DNA of 64,000 nucleotides, from contig CP068257.2 of assembly GCA_009914755.4 (NCBI GenBank), forward strand, positions 9,568,001 through 9,632,000. The letters are read 5' to 3'. This document shows, piece by piece, positions 43,433 to 56,780 of this stretch; positions within the stretch are counted from its first letter, which is position 1, and every line of letters begins with the position of its first letter. This DNA comes from the human T2T-CHM13v2.0 reference genome, Homo sapiens. The notes under the pieces were generated by a model. That model made no database searches and was not told where the DNA came from. It worked only from the letters and a program-made list of their open reading frames with translations. The position numbers and the translations under genes are program-made.

Positions 43433-46400
43433 ATAAGATCTTGAGAGAAAAATAAGTTGAAGCCAGAGGTAAAACTCAATATTGGTAATATCTTTTTGTT
43501 GTAGGGTTGCTTTCCATTTTAGAAAGTAATTCAGAGTGTTATTTTTTAAAAATCATATATCAGAGTTCTCTAATAAATTTCAAACTTAAAAGAACATTTA
43601 ACTTCATAAGAGAAGAGAAATGTTTCATGAACATATTTTAAAGATAGGGAAACTAGAATACAATTTGGAGTAAAACTAATATTTTAAGTAACCTGGAGAT
43701 AGGACTCATATCTTTTAATAGAACATGCATTCTAACAAGCCAGTGATTTTTCAAAGTTTTCTAAAACACTTTTCTCAAACCACATTTAACCTAGAAGTAG
43801 AAACAAATAAAAGACACAAAATTAGAGTTAATTTTATTGTAACTGGGTTGGCTCCAGAGATTATAGTTAGGAAGTGATTACATTAAGCTCTACATATGCA
43901 GCATTCTAGAAAATTTCAATGCAGTAGACAAAATCTATAAATAATGTGAAACACATATTAACATGTTAAGCATAATATGCATTCATTGTCTTCAACAGAA
44001 TAGTTCTCTATTAATTTTTTAAACGTAATACAATTTTACTTTAAAAACTGAAAAATCAACATATTTCATTAAGAAAAAAATATAAATGTTGCAAAATGAT
44101 GATGAAAATACCGATAGTAACAATTCCCAACTATAACAATTTTGTTTTATCTAATACTGGTCAGCTTTCCATGTGTCCAAGCATTACAGGACTTTTCATT
44201 AAGCCTAATCCTCACAAGAACATTGCTTTGAGTGATATTCCAGAGTGGTAGTCCTTTAAGGCATTAGAACGATTTGTGAAATCACTAAAAATACTAGGGG
44301 AAATATTCAAAAAATGACAATAGTGCCATTATTCCTCCTCCTCAAAGAGACTATCAGAACTAAAACTCTTTGCTTCATGTTCCTGTTTACTTCTGTCCCT
44401 TTCAAGTCACAGAGGTATTATCAGACTTTCATCATTATATGACTCTGCTTTTCCAACAGAATCAATTACCTATCCCTTATCTCACATCTTGATAGTGATA
44501 GATATTGAATGCTTATGTTCTGATTAGCAAACTCTTTTTGCATTTTTAGTAACAACTTGAACTCCTGATATGTCTGGAAAATATAACCCCTTCAACAGCC
44601 CTTTCAATGGGTTGCTACTATTTTGCTCACCCCATCTTCACCTGCCTAATCATGAGGAGGCGGGGTATATACAATTTCAGTTAATTTGTAGTTATCAGTC
44701 TATTATAGTTCTTTCCTTCTGAAAACCAACAAGTAAATAAACCAGCAAGCATCACCAATAAACTTTGACAGTTTATGGTTCATAACGTATGTCTACACCA
44801 AACTTTCCATTCAAATGCTTTTTCAAACCTTTGGTTTCTTTCTCTATTAAGACAACTTTTGCTTTTGGCTTTCAAAGACATTCTCTCCATTATAAACTCT
44901 GTCATTATTCTCTATTGTGCTTACCTCAAACTGGTAACTCTTTCAAATCTTACCTGTCAGTTTCTTGACCACCATGCATGTTAATAACATTTCTTCTCTA
45001 TTTTAGACAGCAAATGTTTCTCAATATTTAAAAAAAAATATCCTACTCTTTGGTCCTCTCTACCTCCCATTTCATCCAATATCACTTGTTCGAGACCTGA
45101 ACTCGTACAGGTTTTTAACCTGTTGAAGACTGTCACTCTATGGACTCTACTCTCTTCTCTCTCCTCCATAGCCTTCTCATTGCCTATCTTCCCTACTTGT
45201 CCAGGAAATGATGACATGTTTCATCACTATAATTAATCCATTTCAAATGGCCTTTATGCCAAATTATTTTATTATATGCTCTTTCTGTGCCATGCCTTGT
45301 TTTCCAAATTTACCACAGTACAAATTTTACAATTAGTTTTCCATTACTGAATTAGTACCAATCTCTGTCTTAAAAAATAAATACAGTAAAAAATGATAAT
45401 GAATTTATTTCTTCTTATAATACTATCACTGGTGCATGATTAGAATAAATTAATCTTAAGATAATATAAGCATTTCTCCAAATGGTCTTCAAATTCATTG
45501 ATTTTTTTGTGATTTCAATTTGCATATTTATTGTTCCTGTTGCAATTTTTTCAGATTTTTTAAGTATATGTATTAACTCAGAACACATAACTCTTATCAC
45601 ACATATTTTTCATGTAATTTATCTAAATCTCATAGAAAAGGGTCCATTTGCATTTTCTCTTATTAGACTCCTGATTTCAAATAATATATTACTTATGAGT
45701 ATTTTTCTGTGCTGTAGTTATTCATTCTTATAGATATGTAACATAATTCCTTTTTCAAAGGTAAAAATTGAGCTATCTCTTGTTGAGGATTTGTTGATCT
45801 CTGTCTAAAGTTTCAAAAATAAAGAACTTTAAAAGCAAAATGTAAATTCCTTTCAAGTTTTAGTAAAATTACTTCAAACTTAGTAGCTTAAACAATACAG
45901 ATTTATTATGTTACAGTTCTGTAAGACAGAAATCTGACTTGATCACACCATGTTAAAACGAAGATACTGCCAGGGTTGGTTTTTTCTTGGGGGTGGTCTG
46001 TGGGAAGAGTTCGTTTCCTTTGGTTTTCCACAGCCCAGAGGCTGCTTGCATTCCTTTAATCACTGTCCCTTCCTCCATTTTTGAAATGAGGAATGGAGTC
46101 AGGGTGACTATGGTTAGCAATATTGTATTGTATATTTCAAAATAGCTAGAAGAGAGGATTTTTGAATTCTCTCACCATAAAGATATCAAAGATGTATGAA
46201 GTGAAGAATATGTTGAATATCCTGATTCAATATTTAAACTATACATACACGTGTTGAAACATCACACTGTATCCCATAAATATGTACAATAATTATGTGT
46301 CATAAAACAAGATTTAAATTGTTTTAAAGGGCCAGCAATGGCAGTTTGTGAGTTCCCATCTCATCACTCTAACTTCTTCTGCCTCCTTCCACTTGTAAAT

Positions 46401-46560
46401 GTCCTTCTGATTATTTTGGTCCCATCAGGATAATCCAGAATAACTTTCCTATCTTAATATCAACTGATGAACAACCTTAGTTTAGTCTACAATTTCAATT
46501 TTCCTTTGCCATGCAACTAACATATTCACAAATTCTGGGGACTAGAATGTGGACACCCGT

Positions 46561-46913
46561 TGTATTAGTTTGTCCTCACACTGCTAATAAAGACATAGCT
46601 GAGACTGGGTAATTTATAAAAGGAAGACGTTTAACTGACTTGTAGTTCCACATGGCTGGGGAGCCCTCAAAATCATGGTGGAAAGCGAATGAGAAGCAAT
46701 GTCGCATCCCACGTGGTGGCAGGCAAGAGAGCTTGTGCAGGGGAACTCCCGTTTATAAAACCAGCAGATCTCGTGAAACTTATTTACTACCACAAGAACA
46801 GCATGGGATAAACCGTCCCCATGATTAAATTCTCTCTACCTGACCCCATTCTTCACATGGAATTATTACAATTCAAGGTGAGATTTGGGTGGGGATACAG
46901 CCAAATCACATCA
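46561..46913 (-). mobile_element. Solo MaLR LTR (THE1/MST-type), antisense
   Basis: The plus strand reads tgtattagtttgtcctcacactgctaataaagacatagctgagactgggtaatttataaaagg...ccacatggctggggagccctcaaaatcatggtgg...cacatggaattattacaattcaaggtgagatttgggtggggatacagccaaatcacatca, the reverse complement of the THE1/MST LTR consensus. Confidence 0.85.
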
Positions 46914-48356
46914 TTTGTGGAGAGCTGTGATTCTGCCTACCACAAGTAAGATGTACAAAGCATGGAAGGAGCTACAGCCAGAAACAATTATACCATTGGG
47001 AATTTCTAGCAGAATAAATAGCAGTTATTAACTGATAAGTTAATAGATTAAGTAAACCTAAATAATTGCCTTCATTAGCAGTGAGGCTTTTGATGGTCCA
47101 TGTATCACAGATATTTAAACACAAATACATTTTTCTCATTTATTCCAATAACAAAAGTGTTTTTTGGTTTGTTTTGTTTTGTTTTTGAAAGTTTGGTATG
47201 AGAGAGAAAGAGATGAGCTGATTTGACTACTCCAGGCTAGAGGATATGTAGCTGAGAGTCTATGGCTGAGTGGAGGAAAAAAAAAAAAAATCACAAGCCC
47301 TGTCCAGGATAACAGAGAGAGAAAGCTGTTTCTGTTGAGATTTGATGGCCCCCATCACACCAAATTTGGGCTTCTAGCTAGCCTCAGTTCTTCAGATAAC
47401 TGACCTTCCTTCCTTCCTCCCTCTTGTAATAGTCTTTGTGTATTAGAAGTACCTTGAAATACTGGGTCAGAAAATGTGGCACAAAAGAGAAAAGCTTGCT
47501 CACTCCACATCTTGACCTGATCATTTCCTGAACATGATTGAGGTAGATGACTCTTTGCTCCTCTTTGGCTGACCTGCAGGAATAATACTGGGAATAAGCA
47601 AATCTCCTTTGGACTCCAGAGGGTGGTGGTCAGGAAGTGGGCCATTGAGAACCTAGGCAGAAATGCAGGCCAGATTATTGGAGTAGTTTGCTTTATAATG
47701 TTAAGATATTTATACACATGTTATGTGGGCCTCTATTTCCACTCTTATCTTAGAGCCCACATGTATTATGGAGGGCCTAGAATTGTTTCTGGAGTTTTTG
47801 GTATATACCTTTTTCAGAATAAAGTAAAAAATATTTATAGATAATTTAATTGTTCCCTATGTAGATTCCAGTGCCAAATTCCTTTCTTAGACACTTTTTC
47901 CAGTATAACATGTTAATATGTGACCCCTGCTTCACTTACAGATTTTTAGAGATCTATCCCAGGTTACTTAATTCAACTCCAAGACATACTTTTCTTTTAA
48001 ATGCAGTGAATAAAGCGTCAGTTACTTAGTCACTCCGGTTTTATTTAATCCTACTGTCATCTGACAATATGGTACTGATACTATTTCCTATTTCTAGATG
48101 GTTGCTAGAAATATACTGTAATATTTATTCTTGATATATGTTTGTTACTTTAACGGGAATACATAGGCTATAAATAGTCCCCTTGCCTCTCACAAGTTAG
48201 ACAGTCCTGCCCAGAATGCCCTGCTGAAGAGTTGTAGCAGATCACCCTGTTCCTCCTTAACCTCTCTGTTCCTCATATGCTCACCTATAAAATAGTGATC
48301 ATAGTAACACCCATCTTGTGATGATGTAGAGAGGTTCAAAGAAGCGAATTAGGGGA

Positions 48357-48721
<365 letters not shown>

Positions 48722-49529
48722 TCATAAGTTGTCACCCTCTTGAAGCAATTGTTGGACACTATTTTAAAAATGTTTTACTTCTGAGTGAAATGTTGCATTT
48801 TATTTTACTAGAAGATTCTTATGTAGTTTAAGTACATTTTACGGTATTGTCAAAGAGCATGAGCAAAATATTTAGGAAAGATGAGACCATATTTCTTTTA
48901 TTTATGACATTGCCACAAAAAAATCAGGTAGATGAATTTGTATTAAGTTTTTGTACCAATTTCATATCTAAAATTTCAAAGAATTTTATTGCAACAAACT
49001 CTTTCTTACCATTAACTCAAAAAAATTCTGTTTTAAATTGACTTCATTCCATAAGTCTCTACACTACTAATTTGGCCAGAAGTTATTTTCAATCCTAATT
49101 GGGAACAACAAAGATCCACATGATATCCTTTCAATTTATGATGTTGAAGAAAGTTGAATTGTAATAATTTGAGTGTGCAGTCAAAGCAATTTTCAATACT
49201 ATGTATCACTGTAGAAACAAGGGAGAATGTCTTGGTTAACTATTTAAGTGGCTTGAGTATGGCAATTAAAATTTCATCTAAGCTCATTTTGATGAATCTT
49301 GTAAGGTGACATTTATTTCTTAGGCTCTGAACATTGTAAGTTCTGTTGATTTTCATGGGAAGTTTTCAAGGTCATTTTCAGAGATCTATGACAAAATGAC
49401 ATTATTTGAGAAAAAAAAAAAAAAGAAGAAATAGCTCAAAGTTTAAAGCATTATGGTATTCCCTAAGCCCAAAATTTTCTCCTTTTACAGAAACAAATGA
49501 AATGCAAAATAGACAAACAAACAACCCAT

Positions 49530-50175
49530 CAAAATACCTTGAATCACTGTTGGTGGGAATGAAAATTAGTTCGACCATTGTGGAAGACAGTGTGGAGACT
49601 CCTCATGGATCTAGAATCAGAAATCCCATGACCCAGTAGTCACATTACTTGGTATATACCCAAAGGAATATAAATCATTCTATTATGAAGACACATGCAC
49701 ACATATGTTTATTGCAGCACTATTTATTATAGCAAAGACATGGAACCAACTGAAATGCCCATCAGTGATAGACTAGATAAAGAAAATGTGGTACATATAC
49801 ACCATGGAATACTATGCAGCCATCTAAAGAACTAGATCATATCCTTTGTAGGAACATGGAAACCACCATCCTCATCAAACTAACACAGGAACAGAAAACC
49901 AAACACTGCATGTTCTCACTCATAAGTGAGAGTTGATCAACGAGAACACATTGACACAGGGAGGGGAACAACACACAGTGGGGCCTGTTGGGGCGTGGGG
50001 GGAAAGGGAAAGGAGAGCATTAGGACTGATACCTAATGCATGCAGATTAAAACCTAGATGACGGTTTGATAGGGGCAGCAAACCACCATGGCACATGTAT
50101 ACCTATGTAACAAACCTGCAAATTCTGCATATGTATCCCAGAAATTAAAGTAAAATAAAATAAAATAATAAAAAC
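49530..50175 (+). mobile_element. LINE-1 3'-end fragment (end of ORF2 + 3'UTR + A-rich tail), sense
   Basis: cactgttggtgggaatgaaaattagttcgaccattgtggaagacagtgtggagactcctcatggatctagaatcagaaatcccat...gtatatacccaaaggaatataaatcattc...gaaaatgtggtacatatacaccatggaatactatgcagcc...caaacactgcatgttctcactcataagtgagagttgatcaacgagaacacattgacacagggaggggaacaacacacagtggggcctgttggggcgtggggggaaagggaaaggagagcattagg...tacctaatg...caccatggcacatgtatacctatgtaacaaacctgca... is the canonical L1PA 3' end. Confidence 0.9.
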
Positions 50176-51199
50176 AACAACCAAATGTACCTTGAATCTC
50201 CAAAATAAGTTAACACAAATAGTTAAAATTGAGCATGCTTTTATTAGAAGAAGAAAATGTCATTGAAAATATAACAGATAATTTATAGGTGGGAACATAC
50301 GTAAAAACGTATAACTACTTAGATCTGCTAGATAAAGTGAGTCCCAAATGATAAGGTTACAAAAATAATGTTTTTTTGTAGAATATGTGTTTTCAATGAG
50401 AAAGTGTTGCAAAAGTCAGTCATACAGATTGGTAACTTTTATGTTTATTTTTCAAAAGCAGCTCAAAATAGTTCTTTAGATTCTGTAACAACACGGTGTC
50501 CTAATTTTGCTCCTAAAATTTTGTCACAAAATTTTAAATTCACTTGCAAATTGATCTTCATTTAATCTTCCTCTAGGTGTGTAAGCTAAATCAGAGATCT
50601 GCATGAACTGCTTGTTACTCTTTCATGCTATACATCCTCCCTAGGTAATTTTGATCACTGCAATCTTTTCCATCATCATTTCTACTTGAAGACTAACTAA
50701 TATAGGTAGAACAAATGTCAACTTCTAGATCTATATGCTTTCCAGATATCTCAAATAAAAGATAAAATTTGGGGAGATATACCATGTTCATGATTTTGAA
50801 ATAGTCAAGACTGTGTGATATTGTCCTCAAGAAAGACTAAATAGATCAACAGAACAAAATAGAAAATACAAAAACAGATTTACACATATAGTTAATATCT
50901 TTTTTTTTAAATAGCAAGTCAATTCATCAGGGAAAGTATCAGCTTTGAAGAAATGGAAGACTTTTCAAAGCAAGAAATGTAAAACAGTTGGGTATTTATA
51001 AGCAATAGAAAACAAATTTGATTCATAGCTTGCAAAATATATAAACATTAGTAATAAGCCAACCTGCATGTATTGAAATCCTAGATATAAACATAAGATA
51101 AATCTTTGTGACCTTAGTTGAAACAAATAAGTGCTGTATATGACATTAAACATTTAATTTGTAAAATAAAATATTAACTTGAACTTCTTCAAAAGTGAA

Positions 51200-53245
51200 A
51201 ATTTTTATTCTGTTTTAAAAATTATTATACTTTAAGTTCTGGGAAACATGTGCAGAACGTGTAGGTTTGTTACATAGGTATACACATGCCATGGTGGTTT
51301 GCTGCACCCTTCAACCCATCATCTATTTTAGGTATTTCTCCCAATGCTATCCCTCCCCAAGCCCCCCACCCCCTGGCAGGCCCCAGTGTGTGATGTTCCC
51401 TTCCCTGTGTCCATGTGTTCTCATTGTTCAGCTCCCAATTATGAGTGAGAACATGCGGTGTTTGGTTTTCTGTTCCTGTGTTAGTTTGCTGAGAATGATC
51501 ATTTCCAGCTTTATCCATGTCCCTGCAAAGGACATGAACTCATCCTTTTTTATGGCTGCATAGTGTTCCATAGTGTATATGTGCCACATTTTCTTTATCC
51601 AGTCTATGATTGATGGGCATTTGTGTTGGTTCCAAGTCTTTGCTATTGTGAACAGTGCTGCAATAAACCTATGTGTGCATGTGTTTTTATACTAGAATGA
51701 TTCATAATCCTTTTTCTATTTAGTAATGGGATTGCTGGGTCAAACGGTATTTCTAGTTCTAGATCCTTGAAGAATCACCACACTGTCTTCCACAATGGTT
51801 GAACTAATTTACACTTTCACCAACAGTGTAAAAGTGTTCCTATTTCTCCACATCCTCTCCAGCATCTGTTGTTTTCTGACTTTTTAATGTTCACCATTCT
51901 AACCAGAGTGAGATGGTATCTCATTGTGGTTTTGATTTGCATTTCCCTAATGACGAATGATGATGAGCTTTTTTTTTCACATGTTTTTTGGCCGCATAAA
52001 TGTCTTTTTTTGAGAAGTGTCTGTTCATATCCTTTGACCACTTTTCGATGGGGTTGTTTGTATTTTTTCTTGCAAATTTGTTTAAGTCCTTTGTAGATTC
52101 TGGATATTAGCCCTTTGTCAGATGGATAGATTGCAAAATTTTCTCCCATTCTGTAGGTTGCCTGTTCACTCTGATGATAGTTTATTTTGCTGTGCAGAAG
52201 CTCTTTAGTTTAATTAGATCCCATTCATCAATTTTGGCTTTTGTTGCCAATGCATTTGTTGTTGTATTCATGAAGTTTTTGTCCATGCCTATGTCCTGAA
52301 TGGTGTTGCCTAGGTGTTCTGCTAAGGTTTTTATAGTTTTAGGTCTTATGTTTAAGTCTTTAATCTATCTTGAGTTAATTTCTATATAAGATATAAGGAA
52401 GGGATCCAGTTTCAGTTTTCCACTACCCAGTTTTCCCAGCACCATTTATTAAATAGGGAATCCTTTCCCCATTGCTTGTTTTTGTCAGGTTTGTCAAAGA
52501 TCAGATGGCTGTAGATGTGTGGCATTATTTCTTAGGCCTCTGTTCTGTTCTGTTGGTCTACATAACTGTTTTGGTACCAGTACCATGCTGTTTTGGTTAC
52601 TGTAGCCTTGCAGTATATTTTAAAGTCAGGTCACATGATACCTCCAGCTTTGTTCTTTTTGCTTAGGATTGTCTTGGCTATACAACCTCTTTTTTGGTTT
52701 CGTATGAAATTTAAAGTAGGTTTTTCTAATTCTGTGAAGAAAGTCAATGGTAGCTTGATGGGGATAGCATTGAATTTATAAATTACTTCAGCAGTATGGA
52801 CATTTTCATATTGATTCTTCCTATCCATGAGCATGGAATAATTTGCCATTTGTTTGTGTCCTCTCCTATTTCCTTGAACAGTGGTTTGTAGTTCTCCTTG
52901 AGGAGATCCTTCACATCCCTTGTAAGTTGTTTTCCTAGGTATTTTATTCTCTTTGTAGCAATTGTGAATGGGAGTTCACTCATGATTTGGCTCCCTGTTT
53001 GTCTGTTATTGTTGTATAGGAATGCTTGTTATTTTTGCATATTGATTTTGAATCCTGAGATTTTGCTGAAGTTGCTTATCAGCTTAAGATTTTGGGCTGA
53101 GACGATGGGGTTTTCTAAATATAAAATCTTGTCATCTGCAAACAGAGACAATTTGACTTCCTCTCTTCCTGTTTGAATACCCTTTATTGCTTTCTCTTGC
53201 CTGATTGCCTTGGCTAGAACTTTCAATACTATGCTTAATAGGAAT
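51200..53245 (-). mobile_element. LINE-1 (L1PA-type), 5'-truncated ~2.0 kb copy of the 3' end (3'UTR + C-terminal ORF2), antisense
   Basis: tttaagttctgggaaacatgtgcagaacgtgtaggtttgttacataggtatacacatgccatggtggtttgctgcaccc...gtgtgatgttcccttccctgtgtccatgtgttctcattgttcagctcccaattatgagtgagaacatgcggtgtttggttttctgttcctgtgttagtttgctgagaatgat...tttccagc...catccatgtccctgcaaaggacatgaactcatcctttttt... continues through ...tgcaaacagagacaatttgacttcctctcttcctgtttgaataccctttattgctttctcttgcctgattgccttggctagaactttcaatactatgcttaataggaatgg. This is the reverse complement of L1 ORF2/3'UTR with low-moderate divergence. Confidence 0.93.
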
Positions 53246-55262
53246 GGAAAAGGGCATTTAAAAATAATTTTTTAAAAAGCTATGAACTGAGAAAACATTT
53301 GAATAGCATATATCTTATTGGCCAAGAAAGGTTTATCTCATCAGGACTAATGTTTGTCTTTAGAACTGGCACTTGGCTGGCTTTTGGAAGATAATCTGTG
53401 GGCCCTTAATATATTCTGCCTGATGACAGTGTTTCTATACATCTTTGGCTTTAGAGTACAGTGCACAAGTGGTTTTCAGCGTCTGAGGCCTTGGACCATG
53501 CTGTGCTCATTTGAACAGTTAAGCTTATCCTAACAATATAATTTAGAGTCAATGGCTATATTTGATCTGACAGATGCTGTAGTCTGAGTAGCTGAAATCA
53601 CTCATATAGGCACCACCTTACATGACTGATGCCCAGTAAAAGCCCTGGAGACCAAAACTTAAATGAGCTTCTCTGATTGACAACACTTCAATATGCTGTC
53701 AAATATTGTTGCTGGGAGAATTACATGTGTTCTTGTGGGATTCCACTGGGAGAGGACACCTGAAAGCTTGTACCTGATATCTTCTACATTTCTCCCCATA
53801 GGTTTTTTTTCTTTGTTGATTTTAATCTGTATCTTTTCATTGTAGTAAACTGTAACTATGAATGTAACATGTTTTCTAAGACCTGTGAATCATTATAGTT
53901 AATCTTTGAGCCTAAGGGTGGTCATAAGGAGCCCCAACACACTAATAAATTACTTTCATAAAGAATATATAAAAGCTGTCAAAAATCAAAAATAAAACAA
54001 ATCACCCAATTTTCTAAAAGGCAAAAGATTGAAAAAGACGTCATGATAGAAGACATGGATGACAAATAAGTATATCAAAAAATTTTAACATCTGTAATCA
54101 TTAAAGAATTGAAAACCACAAAGAAATACTACTGATAGTTATTACAATGTCCAAAGTGAAAAAAAATATTGACCCTACCAGGTATAGGCAAGAAAATGGA
54201 GGAACTGAAACTTTAATATACTTTTGATTGACAACCAGTTTGTAAAATAGATTGACAGCTTCTTTAAAAAGTAAACCTATGCTTACCACTTAATCTAGTC
54301 ATTTATCTTCTAGATATTTCCCCCTCGAAAAATGAAAAAGAAATTGTTGTATATAAATGTTCATAGGCATTTTCTCTTTAATAGCTAAAACGTGGTCATG
54401 ACCCACATATTCATTAACAAGTAATTGGTGATATATACGTACAGAAAAATTCTGCTCAGCAATAAAAAGGTTCGACTACTGACACATGCAACAACATGAA
54501 TGAATTTCAAAAGAATTTTGCTGTAAAGCAAAAATGCCAGCCAAAAAATAGTGCACCTTATATGATTCCATTTATATAAAACTTCTGGATGCACCAATAT
54601 ACAATATACAGTAACATACAATACTGAAAGATGGTCAGCAGTTGTCTAGCTAAGATGCTTATTAGGAGAGACAATAATTGCAAAAGGGGATTATTAAAAG
54701 TAGTCATGAGGAAACATTTTGTGGATTTATATGTTCACTATCTTGACAATAATGATGATCTCATGGATGTATAAATATGTCAGAGCATATCTAATAATTT
54801 ATCTTACATATTTTTGGCTTTTAATATGTTAATTATAGCTCAATAAATTTCTTAAAAACTCATTGGACTCTATCTGTAATGTGTGTATGTTTAGTTTTAA
54901 GTAAAGTGCAGCTAAATTTTTCTCCACCATTACAATTTTCAAACATACTTTCACTTACAGAATAGCATACTGAAAATTAACACATGCTTTTATAATTATA
55001 AATAAAATAGTAATATATCTTTTCTGCTGAAATAAATGCAAACCAATTACAAGGAATTTATTAGTTTTTATTTTAGTTACTTCATATATATTAGCACCTA
55101 AGCCTCAAAGATTCACTATGTAATTGTGTAAATTAGTAGTAGGGTTACCTGAATCTGGCTTAATAATCAATTAATCAGTATTTATCTTTAAACATTTTTT
55201 CCTTTATGAATTGTGTCACACTTTTAAAGAGCCCTTCCTACATTACAAGCATATATAAAATA

Positions 55263-55584
<322 letters not shown>

Positions 55585-56529
55585 ATAAAATATATTCTTA
55601 TACTATTTTAGAATAATTTCAGAAGTTAGATTGTTTTCTAGTTTTTAGTGTTTTCATTGATACCAAATTTATTTTTATGTACATAAATGTATGATTTTAA
55701 GTTAGATTATTTCAAACTCGTATCCCTGCAATTATCTGAACAAAATTTTTAAGTAGTCACATTGACTTTTTTTTCAAAAGTTAGTTTTAAGCTATTTGAT
55801 AACATATGGATATACTTCACTAAAGTTGTATTTTTGTGTGTAATTCTTTAATCCATCTGGAGATATTTTGGTTGTTTTTCGATCAGATAGCCAGTTAAAC
55901 CAGAAAGAAAAATCTTACCAAAAAGTTTCCACTTAGAAAATTTAATAGCCAAAAAAACTAATATATGCAAGAATGAACAAAAACATATTGATAAAACTTA
56001 TACATCATATTTTTATTGAAATATTTCATAATGAAATGTTTCACATGGTTAAAGAACTACAAATTCATCCAATGTAAATAAAAACTTCATGGGAAATGTA
56101 TAATATATGAGGGATTATTTGATATCTGAAAAAATTAGATAGAAAATAAATGCTTAAAAACTTCTAGAAGGTAATCCAGTAGAATATTTATCAGCTTAGG
56201 CTAACAAATGATATAAACATGATTAAAGAAGAGCTAAACTTAAATAAAAATATTAAGTTGATGACAAGTGTAAAACACCATTCTTCAAAATATGCAATTA
56301 CAAATAGGAAAGCGCTAATAGGAGAAAAAATAAAATGTTTATAATGCAAAAAGTATTAACATTCAAAACTGTTGATAATATAAAGAAAGATATTATAAGG
56401 AAAAGTATTCCAGTAGTAGAGTAGCCTAAATATAAGGCAATTCGAAGAAAGAAAAGAGGAATCATGAATAGGTTTATCAATCCTGATTCCATCTTACCAG
56501 TGATTAGACTGGTAAATAAGAAAATGTGT

Positions 56530-56780
56530 GATAATACCAAGGGTAATAAAGATATATTTCATTTACATTTACAGTGCTGGTAAACATACACTGTACAACC
56601 ACTTTGGAGAAAACTTGGAAGTACCTAAAATGTGAAAATGTACAGTTGCTCTTGATCCAGCAAGGGTACCTCTGAGTATATATTGTGGAAAAATTCTCAC
56701 ACATGCATACACAGTGAAACATGTAAGAGTGCTTATAGCAGCATTGTTGGGATTTTCTTTAAACCCTAGATTTGACCTAT
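56530..56780 (+). mobile_element. Old L1 (L1M-like) ORF2 3' fragment
   Basis: ...acatgtaagagtgcttatagcagcattgtt... and the upstream stretch resemble L1 ...atgtttattgcagcactattcacaatagc...; a weak by-eye match. Confidence 0.3.

Noticed and set aside
47355-47717. 120-aa minus-strand ORF in apparently unique sequence
   Set aside because: No start/stop context, splice signals or compositional shift support it. It has a proline/leucine-rich arbitrary sequence, and is at the length expected by chance in 64 kb.
51267-53226. ORFs of 62-110 aa on both strands at 51.2-53.2 kb
   Set aside because: These are degraded fragments of L1 ORF2 (antisense copy) and out-of-frame readings through it. They are neither an intact ORF2 nor a host gene.
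49530-53245. Twin-priming L1 inversion (single insertion event producing inverted halves)
   Set aside because: The two inverted L1 segments are separated by ~1 kb of non-L1 DNA. Both represent the same 3' region rather than complementary halves, so independent insertions are more likely.
53245-53940. Moderately GC-rich, 'wordy' sequence that may be an old interspersed repeat
   Set aside because: I could not align it confidently to any consensus from memory, so no feature is called.
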